The position numbers were made by a program, and so were the translations under genes. This document shows, one piece after another, positions 7,940 to 17,319 of a stretch of DNA of 64,000 nucleotides (the stretch's first letter is position 1; each line of letters opens with the position of its first letter). Below the pieces are notes generated by a model. It had not been told where the DNA came from. It made no database searches and worked only from the letters and a program-made list of their open reading frames with translations. This DNA is from Candidatus Methylacidiphilales bacterium (GTDB taxonomy: Bacteria; Verrucomicrobiota; Verrucomicrobiia; Methylacidiphilales; Verrucolacustridaceae), in NCBI GenBank assembly GCA_040397425.1, contig JBBAWA010000001.1, positions 12,696 through 76,695 of the forward strand, read 5' to 3'.

Positions 7940-8175
7940 CAGCAGTCGTAAATCCGACATTCAATCATGGTGGGATCTTCCCTACACTTTCTGTCCCAAA
8001 ACAAGTCCCTATCGTTTTCCTCCATTGCTCGATGATAGTCCGCAAGGCATTGCGAATACTCGCTGGTCAGGTGGAAAGACGGGTTGCCACTATCCACGTT
8101 ATCGCAAGTGTCATAAGCAGCATCAACAAGTTCAAGCCAGGCTGCTTCTGCTTTTGCGCTGAGCATCTGGATCAT
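7939..8175 (-). CDS. Hypothetical protein
   Basis: MIQMLSAKAE...FWDRKCREDPTMIECRIYDC; GGCTAGACT promoter-like motif upstream. Confidence 0.7.
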   Translation of the reverse strand: MIQMLSAKAEAAWLELVDAAYDTCDNVDSGNPSFHLTSEYSQCLADYHRAMEENDRDLFWDRKCREDPTMIECRIYDC

Positions 8176-8203
8176 GGGAAACGGCGAGTCGTTCAGCCGT
8201 AGT

Positions 8204-8377
8204 CTAGCCTGCCTCTGCAGCCTGACGCCGCGCCTCTCTTTCAGCTTTTCGTAACTTAGGCAAAAGTTTGGGTTCATAGAAATGATCCGCTGCCAGCAGT
8301 TGCAATGCTGTTTGCTTGTCGGCATCAAGCAGTGCCAGCAGAAAAGTGATTTCTTTTGCCTCTAAGTCAACAAGCAC
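8204..8377 (-). CDS. Small hypothetical protein (57 aa; not in ORF track)
   Basis: GTG-start ORF MLVDLEAKEITFLLALLDADKQTALQLLAADHFYEPKLLPKLRKAE..., filling the gap after terL. Confidence 0.6.
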   Translation of the reverse strand: MLVDLEAKEITFLLALLDADKQTALQLLAADHFYEPKLLPKLRKAEREARRQAAEAG

Positions 8378-8412
8378 CTTACCACAGGAAAACTATTGCC
8401 ATACTAATGGCA

Positions 8413-9786
8413 TCAGCGAACCAGAGAATTGATCCAGTCAATATCATCGCCTTCCGATGCCACCATGATGGCGGCAGCCAATGCAAAGGGAAAGTCGTCT
8501 ACGTTTGCTTCCTTACCACCAGTCACTGTCCATTGCCCTGATTGGCGATACACCACGCTAAGGTTTTTGATTTGCTTGATTGCGACTTCGTGAGGGTACA
8601 GGCTAATCAGGCCAGCATTAAACAACTGCCGCATCTTGCTAAAAGCCTTCATTTTCGTAGAAACGCTCCAGGTTAGTTCACTAATTGGAAAGCTCTCCGC
8701 AAGTGTTTGAATGGTGGAGGCACTATTGAATTGATCAAGAACGATCTCTTTGAAGCCGTAAGCCTTATGGTGCTCCACAATCCATTGCTCTACACCCTTA
8801 ATGTTGACTTCTCTTTTGCCATTGATTTCAAAGTCGGCATCAAAAGAATGAAACTTGTCCACGATTAGCATTTCGCCTTCATAGTGAACAATGGCCGCAG
8901 TGTAGTTGTCGCGGCCAACACCACCTTTAGCAGGGTCTAGAGCCAAGTAGTAGGTGCTTTGAAAGTCGCGTTGTGGCAGTAAGATACCACGCTTTTTGTC
9001 TACGGCAGCCTCCACCACTTCTGGAGCCAGCAAGGCGGATAGATTCCTGGAGAACTGAGCACCATATTCCACCCAAAACTTTTCCGGATCGCGCTTAAGT
9101 TCTGCCTCTAGGAAGGGGCAGCCCCATGGCAAGTTGGGATTGATTTCCCATGTTGGAATGTTGATGGCCTGCATGAACTTGTATTCACCACTTTGAGCCT
9201 CGCAGTAGTGTTCATAGAACAGGCCGTCCGTGAGCCACGGGGATGAAAGTTCTAGGATTCGTCCATTGTCACCAAATTGGGCAATCGAGGGAGAGAGAGC
9301 AGTGTAAATGGCCTTGGCTCCACGGTTGGCGTCACCTTCAATGCTGAACGCAAGTTCATCCATGATGACCATGACCACGGCTTTACCGCGAGAAGCACGC
9401 GCTGAAGCTGGGATTGCCTGGAACACGCAACCATTGCTAATTTCAATCTCAGTGGCCGTTTCCCTGATAATTTCTTTGGCGAACTGGCTGTCAATCAGCA
9501 GTTGTCGAATGTTATTAAGTGCGAGCTTGGCTTGGCTTTGGTCGTTAGCAATGGTGACAACGTACCACTTTTCCTTTTTTCGTACTTTGCGCTTGTAGCG
9601 AGCTTCTAGGACAAAGCAAACATAGAGAGCCGCTACAGCGGCAAGCAAAGTTTTGCCTGATCTGCGCCCAAGAGCCCAAACACCATGCGTTTTAGTGCCA
9701 TTAAAGTATTCGTCAACAATTTCCTTTTGCTTGTCCCACAAGGTAAGACCTAGTGCGTATTCAGCAAACTGCGAGCACTTGAGCAT
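8413..9786 (-). CDS. terL: Terminase large subunit
   Basis: Walker A GRRSGKT, Walker B VIMDE, C-terminal RNase H-like LALDPA...DD. Confidence 0.93.
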   Translation of the reverse strand: MLKCSQFAEYALGLTLWDKQKEIVDEYFNGTKTHGVWALGRRSGKTLLAAVAALYVCFVLEARYKRKVRKKEKWYVVTIANDQSQAKLALNNIRQLLIDSQFAKEIIRETATEIEISNGCVFQAIPASARASRGKAVVMVIMDELAFSIEGDANRGAKAIYTALSPSIAQFGDNGRILELSSPWLTDGLFYEHYCEAQSGEYKFMQAINIPTWEINPNLPWGCPFLEAELKRDPEKFWVEYGAQFSRNLSALLAPEVVEAAVDKKRGILLPQRDFQSTYYLALDPAKGGVGRDNYTAAIVHYEGEMLIVDKFHSFDADFEINGKREVNIKGVEQWIVEHHKAYGFKEIVLDQFNSASTIQTLAESFPISELTWSVSTKMKAFSKMRQLFNAGLISLYPHEVAIKQIKNLSVVYRQSGQWTVTGGKEANVDDFPFALAAAIMVASEGDDIDWINSLVR

Positions 9787-10270
9787 TGTCAAAGGTGGCT
9801 ATTGGCGATAGTGCGGACTGTGGAATAAAGTATGCCTTGCGGCCTTGCCTCGGAGTGTAGGCGTATTGTGGCTGCATAGATTTTTCGCTGCTAATCCAGC
9901 CATGAATGAACAACTGCGCAGGATTCATCCAGGTAACTAGAATATAGCGCTTGCCCGGCTTGTCAGAAAGTTGCACAATTAGGTCCCGATCATGGCCTTT
10001 ACGTGTTTTAACGTCAATGTCTGGTGGCAGATCAATGGAATCACGCTTAGCCTCCATCTCCTGATAAAGAAAGTCTTTTAGCCCTAGATGCTTGGCTACT
10101 GCCATTTCGCCCATGGCGCCAATGACGTGCATTTCAAGCGCCTTATCTCCAGTTCTGGCCCCACCATTTCTTCCCCACAGCCCCTTGGCTTCGTTCGTTT
10201 CTTGGCGACGGTGGGCCTCTTTGATGGCGTCAGCAATCTCTTCTGCGGTCAGGACGATTGGCAGGGGCAC
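9761..10270 (-). CDS. PD-(D/E)XK nuclease-like phage protein
   Basis: GAMGEMAVAKHLG...DL...IDVKT pattern. Confidence 0.65.
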   Translation of the reverse strand: MPLPIVLTAEEIADAIKEAHRRQETNEAKGLWGRNGGARTGDKALEMHVIGAMGEMAVAKHLGLKDFLYQEMEAKRDSIDLPPDIDVKTRKGHDRDLIVQLSDKPGKRYILVTWMNPAQLFIHGWISSEKSMQPQYAYTPRQGRKAYFIPQSALSPIATFDNAQVLAVC

Positions 10271-10331
10271 GAAAAAAGCGCAACCGCCAATATCATAACG
10301 GGAACTAGAGTGGGAGAAACAAGCCAACAAT

Positions 10332-12416
10332 ATGACCACACTAAACACGGCCAACGGTGGCCCCATTGTGCCCCTTGGGCACTTTGATGGTGACGGCTAC
10401 AGGGCTGACGGCCTTGCAAATGTCTTTACTGGCATGGGAACCAGTCGGGATAAGTCGCAAGCCACCACAACTCAGCCAATCATTTTCTTGACACAAGAAG
10501 AACTGGAAGGGTTGTATGGAGAATGGATACCGCGACGAGTGGTGGATATTGTTGCCGATCAATCCACTCGCAAAGGCTTTCGCATCCTCTTTGGCGGTGA
10601 TGGCGTTAAAGCCAAGGAAGTGGTGGGGATGGAGCAGGTTATTGAAGACCTAATGATCCTGGAGCACTTTAACCTCGCCAGCAAAAACGAAAGACTTTAT
10701 GGCGGGGCAGCAATTCTGCTCTACATCAACGATGGTCGGAGCGCTGATCAGCCTGTCAACAAGAATGGCATCATAGAAGTGGAGGGAATGGAAGTGCTTG
10801 ACCGCTATCAAATCGCTCCAGTAATTAGCGAAGACAGTCTCTACGACTACGCGAAAGCCACTCATTACCAAATCATTTCAGGCGACCTCATTCAACAGCC
10901 ATCGCTCTTAAGGATTCATAAAGATCGCATTTTGCGTTTTGATGGCATGTGGCTCCCATACCGGATTCGACAGAGGAACTATGGGTGGGGCCTGAGCAGT
11001 TTGCAGCCAATTTACGATAGCTTTCGCCACTACTGGACTGGCATTCATTCATCGTCCATGCTTTTAAGTGAGTTTGACATCTTTGTCCACAAGATCCGCA
11101 ACTTGTCTCAAATGCTTGCCAATGGCAAAGAGGCTGACGTGAAAAATAGGCTAATCCTGAATGACATGAGCAAGAGCGTGTATCGGGGATTTGCCATTGA
11201 CGCAGAAAAAGAGGAGCTTGAGTTTATCAGTCGGCAATTCTCTGGCATTGGAGAGGTATTAGAGAAACTGCGAGTAGACATTATTGGCGCTTCGCAGATT
11301 CCCCATACGATCCTGTTTGGTGAAAGCCCAAGTGGAATTGGAGCCACTGGCCGCAGTGAGGAGCGAGATTTTGCCAAGCTCTTGGGCGACTATCAGAGCA
11401 GTCACTTCCGACGCCCATTGAAAAAGCTCATGGAATACCTTTTGCTCAGCAAGCAAGGTCCGACCAATGGGCAAATCCCCGATTCGTGGCGGATTAAGTT
11501 CAATGATCTGTTTGAACTAAACGAACGGGAGAAGGCTGACGTAAGAGCGCGAGTGGCCGCCGTTGATGGCCGTTACATCCAACTTGGTGTGCTGCATCCT
11601 AAGGAGGTGGCTGATGCCCGATATGGCGGCAGCGAATGGACAATGGAACTGACGCTTGACCCATCGCTACCTCGTGAACTGCCTCAGGCGACACAAGGCA
11701 AGCCTGTACCGCCTGGCGGTCGTGATCCGTTGAATGAGGAAAATGGTACGTTGCCAATGGACGGAAGCCGGGAGGTGCAAGACAGTGAAGCTGGTTTGTT
11801 CATGCCACGGGACTTAGAGGAGCGACGTGGAGACGTGAAGTTCACTGACGAGAGCCTGCACAGTCAAGCCGTATCGGCAGCAAAAAGCAAGTTTAAGGTT
11901 TGGCCATCGGCCTATGCGAGTGGCTATGTCGTTCAACAATACAAAGTTCTCTATAAGAAAAAACACGGTTCACTCTCAGGCGCTTTCAAAGGGGATGATG
12001 GTGAAATCCATGCCGATGACCTTGACAAGTGGTTTCAACAGAAGTGGGTGAGGATTGGTGGCAATGGTGAAATCATGGGGCCTTGTGGTGGTCGCAGTGA
12101 GGGGGAAGGCAAGCCTAAGTGCCTCCCAAAAGCAAAGGCCGAAGCGATGAGCCAGGAGGAGCGCCAAACGATTGTTTCTCGCAAACGCAAAGCCGATCCC
12201 GACCCAGAAAGGAAGGGAGCAGCACGAATGGTGAGCAGCAAGGTTGACGCCATTGATCCATTGAAGGTGGAGGGCACCATTATTGGCGGCATTGACGAAG
12301 CCGCCCTGATTGAGGAGGCCGACATTCAGGCGGCGCTGGAGGAATGGAAACAAGAGGCGCCGGAGAGGTACAAAACGCTGCTGGAAGCCACTGATCTTGA
12401 CCCGCAGCAACAATGA
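10332..12416 (+). CDS. Portal protein (DUF1073/HI1409 type) with C-terminal DUF5872-like extension
   Basis: DGLANVFTGMG, RLYGGAAI, IHKDRIL.F, IPHTILFGESPSG.GATG; then KFKVWPSAYASGYVVQQYK...KWF...PCG...PKCLP. Confidence 0.9.
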   Translation: MTTLNTANGGPIVPLGHFDGDGYRADGLANVFTGMGTSRDKSQATTTQPIIFLTQEELEGLYGEWIPRRVVDIVADQSTRKGFRILFGGDGVKAKEVVGMEQVIEDLMILEHFNLASKNERLYGGAAILLYINDGRSADQPVNKNGIIEVEGMEVLDRYQIAPVISEDSLYDYAKATHYQIISGDLIQQPSLLRIHKDRILRFDGMWLPYRIRQRNYGWGLSSLQPIYDSFRHYWTGIHSSSMLLSEFDIFVHKIRNLSQMLANGKEADVKNRLILNDMSKSVYRGFAIDAEKEELEFISRQFSGIGEVLEKLRVDIIGASQIPHTILFGESPSGIGATGRSEERDFAKLLGDYQSSHFRRPLKKLMEYLLLSKQGPTNGQIPDSWRIKFNDLFELNEREKADVRARVAAVDGRYIQLGVLHPKEVADARYGGSEWTMELTLDPSLPRELPQATQGKPVPPGGRDPLNEENGTLPMDGSREVQDSEAGLFMPRDLEERRGDVKFTDESLHSQAVSAAKSKFKVWPSAYASGYVVQQYKVLYKKKHGSLSGAFKGDDGEIHADDLDKWFQQKWVRIGGNGEIMGPCGGRSEGEGKPKCLPKAKAEAMSQEERQTIVSRKRKADPDPERKGAARMVSSKVDAIDPLKVEGTIIGGIDEAALIEEADIQAALEEWKQEAPERYKTLLEATDLDPQQQ

Positions 12417-13090
12417 TGCACGAGTTATCGCCTGTCTCCCTTTTCGCTGATTCCATTGCCCTTAGTACCAGGCTTGACGAAGAATGGTCCTACGATCCGC
12501 GCACAGGTCGCTACAGGGCTGCCAATGGCCGCTTCCTAAGCGGGGCCACCGTTGAGGCACTTGTTGATGGAAGGATTCGTAAAACCAAAAGTGACTTGAG
12601 GGCCTTAACTGCATCTTTGGCCGATGGCACTTTAAGCATAGAGCAATGGCAAGTGCGAGCAAGGGCTGAAATCAAGCGTGCTCACATTCAGGCGGCATTG
12701 GTCGGGAATGGTGGTATGCAGGGGATGGATGCGGCAGCGTGGGGCCGTGTTGGCTGGCGACTTAGGGAGGAGTACCGCTATCTAGAGGGCTTTGCCAAGG
12801 ACCTCCTAGAGCAGAGAGTGTCAGTGCCAATGGCCTTGGCTCGAATCAGCCTCTACGCCGATAGTGTCAGGGGCTCGTATTGGACCGGCACCACTATTCG
12901 CCAGGAAAAGCAGGGCTACACGCTGATGAAACGCATTCTCGATCCACAGGCCCAGCATTGTGAAGACTGCCTTCGCTATGCCGCTGCGGGAATGGTGGCC
13001 CTGGGAGCACTGCCAATGCCAGGGCAGCGTTGTGAGTGCAAGGCCAGATGCCGTTGCAGCATTCGGTATTATCGTTCGCAAATGCCGTAA
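12413..13090 (+). CDS. Head morphogenesis protein (Mu gpF / SPP1 gp7-like)
   Basis: Follows portal; HCEDC and PGQRCECKARCRC. Confidence 0.8.
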   Translation: MMHELSPVSLFADSIALSTRLDEEWSYDPRTGRYRAANGRFLSGATVEALVDGRIRKTKSDLRALTASLADGTLSIEQWQVRARAEIKRAHIQAALVGNGGMQGMDAAAWGRVGWRLREEYRYLEGFAKDLLEQRVSVPMALARISLYADSVRGSYWTGTTIRQEKQGYTLMKRILDPQAQHCEDCLRYAAAGMVALGALPMPGQRCECKARCRCSIRYYRSQMP

Positions 13091-13124
13091 AGACCACTAT
13101 TATGGTGGCAGTTATTCATTCCTT

Positions 13125-14345
13125 GTGGCACGGATTCTTTATTGCGGTGACATTGGCGCCCAGACAGGCTTTGGGCGTGTAGCAGAGGAGCTTATTCCTC
13201 GCTTGACGGATAAGCATGAAATCCATGGCCTAGCCGTGAATTGGCATGGCGATCCGTCGCCCATGCAGCAGTATTGCCGTATGTATCCGGCCCATGCTGG
13301 CGGGCCTGATCCCTTTGGTTCCCATCGGATCGCAGACTTGGCCGCAGCCATCAAGCCGGATCTTGTGTGGATTACCAATGATCTGTGGTGCCTGCCCCCT
13401 CTGCTTTCGGCATTGAAGCCAGTACGGGAACAAGTGCCAATGAAAGTGTATGGCTATGTGCCCATTGACTCTTACGGCATCTTCCCGGAGTTCATTCCAC
13501 ATCTTGACGGGCTTGACGGCCTCGGCACTTATACGCAATTCGGCAAAGAGGAAATCGTAAAAGCTGGATACTCTGGCATTATTGACGTGATTCCTCATGG
13601 CGTAGACCGTTCCAAATTCTTTCCATTGGACCGCAATGAAGCTCGACAAGCCATGGGCATTGGGAAAGATGACTTTGTGGTCTTCAATGGCAATCGCAAT
13701 CAGCCGCGTAAGCGCATTGACATTACCATTAAGGGTTTCATTCGTTTTGCCAAGAACTTTCCCAATGCAAGGTTGTGGCTTCACATGGGAACCAAGGATC
13801 AGGGGTGGGACATTATTCCCCTATTCAATCGCGTGGCGCGAGACTACGAGTATGATCCGGCTGGTCGCTTGATCCTGACCAATCACAATTTCAGCGTTAA
13901 CAACTGCCTGTCCATTGCCGACCTTAACCGGGCATACAATGCCGCCGACATTGGTGTCAACACTTGTATTGCTGAGGGCTGGGGGCTTGTTAACTTTGAG
14001 CAGGCCGCCACTGGCGTAGCACAACTTGTGCCAGATCATACCAGTCTGAAAGAAATCTTCTATGGTGTCAAGCGGATTGATTGCCTTGAGGCTGAGACAG
14101 ATCGTGGTTACGGCTTGGAACGTCCCATTCCATCCGCTGCAAGCATGGCCGAGCGGCTGGCGGAATACTATGAAAATCCTCAGGCGTTACAAGAAGCGGG
14201 AGACTGGTGTTTTAGTCGCATCACTGATCCATCTTATGACTGGAATACGATTGTTAAGCAAATGACTGGCATCATTGATCGCTGCCTGAACGAACAGCCA
14301 ACGTCTATTTTCAAGGGCTTTGGCACTCCCGTGAGGCTGGGATGA
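13125..14345 (+). CDS. Glycosyltransferase, GT-B fold (GT4-like)
   Basis: TGFGRV, IPHGVD, NRNQPRKRID, EGWGLVNFE. Confidence 0.92.
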   Translation: MARILYCGDIGAQTGFGRVAEELIPRLTDKHEIHGLAVNWHGDPSPMQQYCRMYPAHAGGPDPFGSHRIADLAAAIKPDLVWITNDLWCLPPLLSALKPVREQVPMKVYGYVPIDSYGIFPEFIPHLDGLDGLGTYTQFGKEEIVKAGYSGIIDVIPHGVDRSKFFPLDRNEARQAMGIGKDDFVVFNGNRNQPRKRIDITIKGFIRFAKNFPNARLWLHMGTKDQGWDIIPLFNRVARDYEYDPAGRLILTNHNFSVNNCLSIADLNRAYNAADIGVNTCIAEGWGLVNFEQAATGVAQLVPDHTSLKEIFYGVKRIDCLEAETDRGYGLERPIPSAASMAERLAEYYENPQALQEAGDWCFSRITDPSYDWNTIVKQMTGIIDRCLNEQPTSIFKGFGTPVRLG

Positions 14346-15061
14346 TGCAAGTTTCACAGATTTTCCTTAATGAAGCGAATAGCCTTGAGTTATCGCCTCA
14401 GTTGCAATATGCAACAAGCACAATCAAGGCTTTATTCCCTGGCTCTGACTACAAACTCTATGGAAATGATGATCTGCGCAGTCTAATCAAAAGCCATTAT
14501 GACGAAGAAGTGCTGTGGGCATTTGATACTCTCCGCCCCTATTCGTATAAGGCTGACCTTGGCCGCTTTTGCATCTTGAACGCTTTGGGCGGCTGGTATT
14601 TTGACATTGGTGTCAGGGGGGACACTCCAGTCGAAATTGGTGAGCGGATCAAGTTCCTGGCTTTCCGCGACATTCAGCGGTTTAGCTTCACGAGCTTTGC
14701 TTGTGCCACCACCATTCTTTATTCTCAACGCAACAATCATGCCTTGTCCATTGCAATTCGGCAAATTGTAGAGAATTGCAAACGGGAATACTATGGCATC
14801 ACTCCATTGTGTCCCACTGGTCCGACGTTGCTTGGACAAGCACTTGCCAGGCATGGTGGCGATGCGGACTATGTGTTTGGTGATTACATGGAGTTGACGC
14901 CTTCGCATGAGCAAAAGAATCGTGCTTTCGTGCTGCCTAATGGCACAATTATGGCTTGGAGCAAACCTGCCAGTGGTGGCGACCTGACCGCTCTTGGGGC
15001 CACTGGTGTCAATAATTACAACGAGCTATGGCAAAGGAGGCAAGTGTATGCAAAGTTCTGA
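14342..15061 (+). CDS. Glycosyltransferase, GT32/OCH1-like
   Basis: YKADLGRFCIL..LGGWYFD, PTGP.LLG. Confidence 0.85.
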   Translation: MMQVSQIFLNEANSLELSPQLQYATSTIKALFPGSDYKLYGNDDLRSLIKSHYDEEVLWAFDTLRPYSYKADLGRFCILNALGGWYFDIGVRGDTPVEIGERIKFLAFRDIQRFSFTSFACATTILYSQRNNHALSIAIRQIVENCKREYYGITPLCPTGPTLLGQALARHGGDADYVFGDYMELTPSHEQKNRAFVLPNGTIMAWSKPASGGDLTALGATGVNNYNELWQRRQVYAKF

Positions 15062-15782
15062 TTTAACTGTTTATGCAGGCTGCATTTTGCATGAACCTGT
15101 GCGATGGACAAGCGCCGCTACTGTGGTGCCAGTTTTTTGCGGCACAAAGCGTTGGAGGGCAATGCCAGAACAACTGACTCAACGCATGGGGGAGTCAAAG
15201 TGGGAGTACGATGATGGGCCAAAATCTGTAGACAATGCTTATTGGGCAGACTTGTCTTGCATCCAAACAGTTCTAAGGTTGACGCAAGATCAGCCTGAAG
15301 ATGCGCTTATTGGCAATGCTCAATATCGTCGGTCATGGCTAGAAGATGCAATCCAGCCATCTGATTCGTCAGTGCTTTATGTGCCCGATCCAGCGCATTT
15401 TGGATGTTCCCTTAGGCAACAATTTGAAGGAGGGCATCTTGGGCTGCCAGGCTACGAAATGACAATGGAAGCAGCAAGTCAGGGCCTGTTCCCATTGTCT
15501 GCTGATCAGATAGACCTCGTATGGCAGCAAAATACTTTTCATGGCTGTCTGATGGCGCGAGGACCGAGGCGACTTTATGCGCCATTTATGACCATGTTGC
15601 TGGATGAGTTTTGCGCACCATTATGGCAAAAGTACGAGTCAAACTTTAGGCGGCAACAAGGATACAATCAGCGCGGTATTGCATTTATTGCCGAACGCCT
15701 ATTTACTGCAATGGTGCTTTATCGAGACGTATTAAATCTGGGGCCAATCAAAAGCGCTCCAATCGTTTTTCATGGCAAATGA
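15048..15782 (+). CDS. DUF4422-like putative glycosyltransferase
   Basis: DNAYWADLS, IGNAQYRR, QR.IAFIAERLF; GGAGG RBS. Confidence 0.7.
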   Translation: MQSSDLTVYAGCILHEPVRWTSAATVVPVFCGTKRWRAMPEQLTQRMGESKWEYDDGPKSVDNAYWADLSCIQTVLRLTQDQPEDALIGNAQYRRSWLEDAIQPSDSSVLYVPDPAHFGCSLRQQFEGGHLGLPGYEMTMEAASQGLFPLSADQIDLVWQQNTFHGCLMARGPRRLYAPFMTMLLDEFCAPLWQKYESNFRRQQGYNQRGIAFIAERLFTAMVLYRDVLNLGPIKSAPIVFHGK

Positions 15783-16474
15783 TGCAATCCACTCCTTTTG
15801 ACCATTGGGTCATTGACAACTTTTTCCCGATAGAGACCGCTAGGCAACTTGAGCAAGATTTTCCCGCCTTTGACAGCCCCATGTGGCTTCATTACGATAA
15901 TCCACTGGAGAACAAAAAAACCTGTAATCACTGGGATAGGTTTCCGGCCACCACTTATTCCACAATTTCAGCACTCGTGAGGAATGGCCCCTTTGTAGAC
16001 CTGCCATTTGATGCTATTGGTGATATTGGCTTGCATGGTGGTGGCTGGCATATTCATGGCACTGGCGGCAAACTCAACATTCATCAAGATTATTCTCTTC
16101 ACCCCAAAACTGGTCTGCAGCGACGTGTCAATCTGATCGCCTACTTAACGGAAGGATGGAAAGAAGAATGGGGGGGCGGCTTAGAGTTGTGGAGCCATGA
16201 CCACAAAGAGAACCGTCCATTGCGGCTGGAGACCACAATTCCATGCCGATTCAATAGAGCAGTTATTTTCCGTACTGACCAACAATCATGGCATGGCCTC
16301 CCGGCCCCGCTGCGGTGTCCAGAGGGGAAGTTTCGCAAGAGCATCGCAGTGTATTATATGAGTCCCGCCGAAGCCGATGCTCCATCAAGGAATCGGGCCT
16401 TGTTCGTCCCCACGAAAGATCAAGAGGGTAGCCAACCCATCGCAAACCTGATTAAACTAAGGCAGCAACACTAG
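15779..16474 (+). CDS. 2-oxoglutarate/Fe(II) oxygenase
   Basis: PFDHWVIDNF, LHGGG.H, HQD, WHG, RKSIAVYY. Confidence 0.92.
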   Translation: MMQSTPFDHWVIDNFFPIETARQLEQDFPAFDSPMWLHYDNPLENKKTCNHWDRFPATTYSTISALVRNGPFVDLPFDAIGDIGLHGGGWHIHGTGGKLNIHQDYSLHPKTGLQRRVNLIAYLTEGWKEEWGGGLELWSHDHKENRPLRLETTIPCRFNRAVIFRTDQQSWHGLPAPLRCPEGKFRKSIAVYYMSPAEADAPSRNRALFVPTKDQEGSQPIANLIKLRQQH

Positions 16475-16478
16475 CTCC

Positions 16479-17024
16479 ATGGCCCATCCCGCACAATTTT
16501 CTTTTATCAATGCCGTTAAAGGCACGTATGGCGAGTATTTTGTCAACAGCAAGGTGCTGGAGGTCGGAAGCCTTAATATCAATGGAACTGTTCGTCAGTT
16601 CTTCGATTCTCCAAGTCTTTACGTTGGAATTGATATTGGCGAAGGGCCAGGGGTTGACGTAGTGTGCGAAGGGCAAAACTATGATACGCCGGAACGTTTT
16701 GATTGTGTAATTTCATGTGAGTGCATGGAACACAATCCAGAATGGAAGGACACTTTTGCCAACATGATTCGCCTGTGTCGCCCTGGCGGAATCGTCATTA
16801 TGACTTGCGCCACTACTGGCAGGGCCGAGCACGGAACTTCGCGCACCACCCCGCAGGATAGTCCTCTGACGATTGGCAGGGGCTGGGAGTATTACTGCAA
16901 TTTGACTTTTGATGACTTCATGACGGCATTTTGTCTTGAAGATTATTTCCGCCACTTTGAGTTTGTGGTCAATCCCAGGGCGCATGATTTATACTTTGTA
17001 GGAGTGAAGCACGGTGAATTGTGA
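16479..17024 (+). CDS. Class I SAM-dependent methyltransferase
   Basis: VLEVGSLNING, GIDIGEGPGVD, FDCVISCECMEH, RPGG. Confidence 0.9.
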   Translation: MAHPAQFSFINAVKGTYGEYFVNSKVLEVGSLNINGTVRQFFDSPSLYVGIDIGEGPGVDVVCEGQNYDTPERFDCVISCECMEHNPEWKDTFANMIRLCRPGGIVIMTCATTGRAEHGTSRTTPQDSPLTIGRGWEYYCNLTFDDFMTAFCLEDYFRHFEFVVNPRAHDLYFVGVKHGEL

Positions 17025-17260
17025 ACAAGAAAGCACGTACGGTCAAGATTCGCAAAGTGATGCGCGAGTTCAAGGCTGGTACGCTCAAAAGCAGTACCGG
17101 AGAGAAAGTGGCCAATCAGCGTCAAGCGATTGCCATTGCCCTTTCCGAGGCTGGCATGAGCAAGGAAGGCAAAAGCGATGAATACTGGGATTCTTACGTC
17201 CTAACGCTCGCGGAGGAGGAGGAAGGGGAGGAAGAGGAGGAAGACATCCCAAAGGACTGA
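17021..17260 (+). CDS. DUF6496-like small basic protein with acidic tail
   Basis: KIRKVMREFKAGTLKSSTGEKV..QAIAIALSEAG. Confidence 0.85.
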   Translation: MNKKARTVKIRKVMREFKAGTLKSSTGEKVANQRQAIAIALSEAGMSKEGKSDEYWDSYVLTLAEEEEGEEEEEDIPKD

Positions 17261-17319
17261 GCCTTGACGCGGCTAGCTTTGCCCCTCCATCGTCCGTGAG
17301 GGCTGCAGCGCGTCGAGGC
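17248..17319 (+). promoter_or_regulatory. Programmed -1 ribosomal frameshift signal
   Basis: In-frame C CCA AAG (17248-17254), 6-nt spacer, 11-bp stem 17261-17271/17309-17319. Confidence 0.75.

Noticed and set aside
10332-12416. Anti-CBASS Acb1 label sometimes attached to DUF1073 proteins
   Set aside because: No paired HxT/S 2H-phosphodiesterase motifs seen; position and motifs fit a portal.
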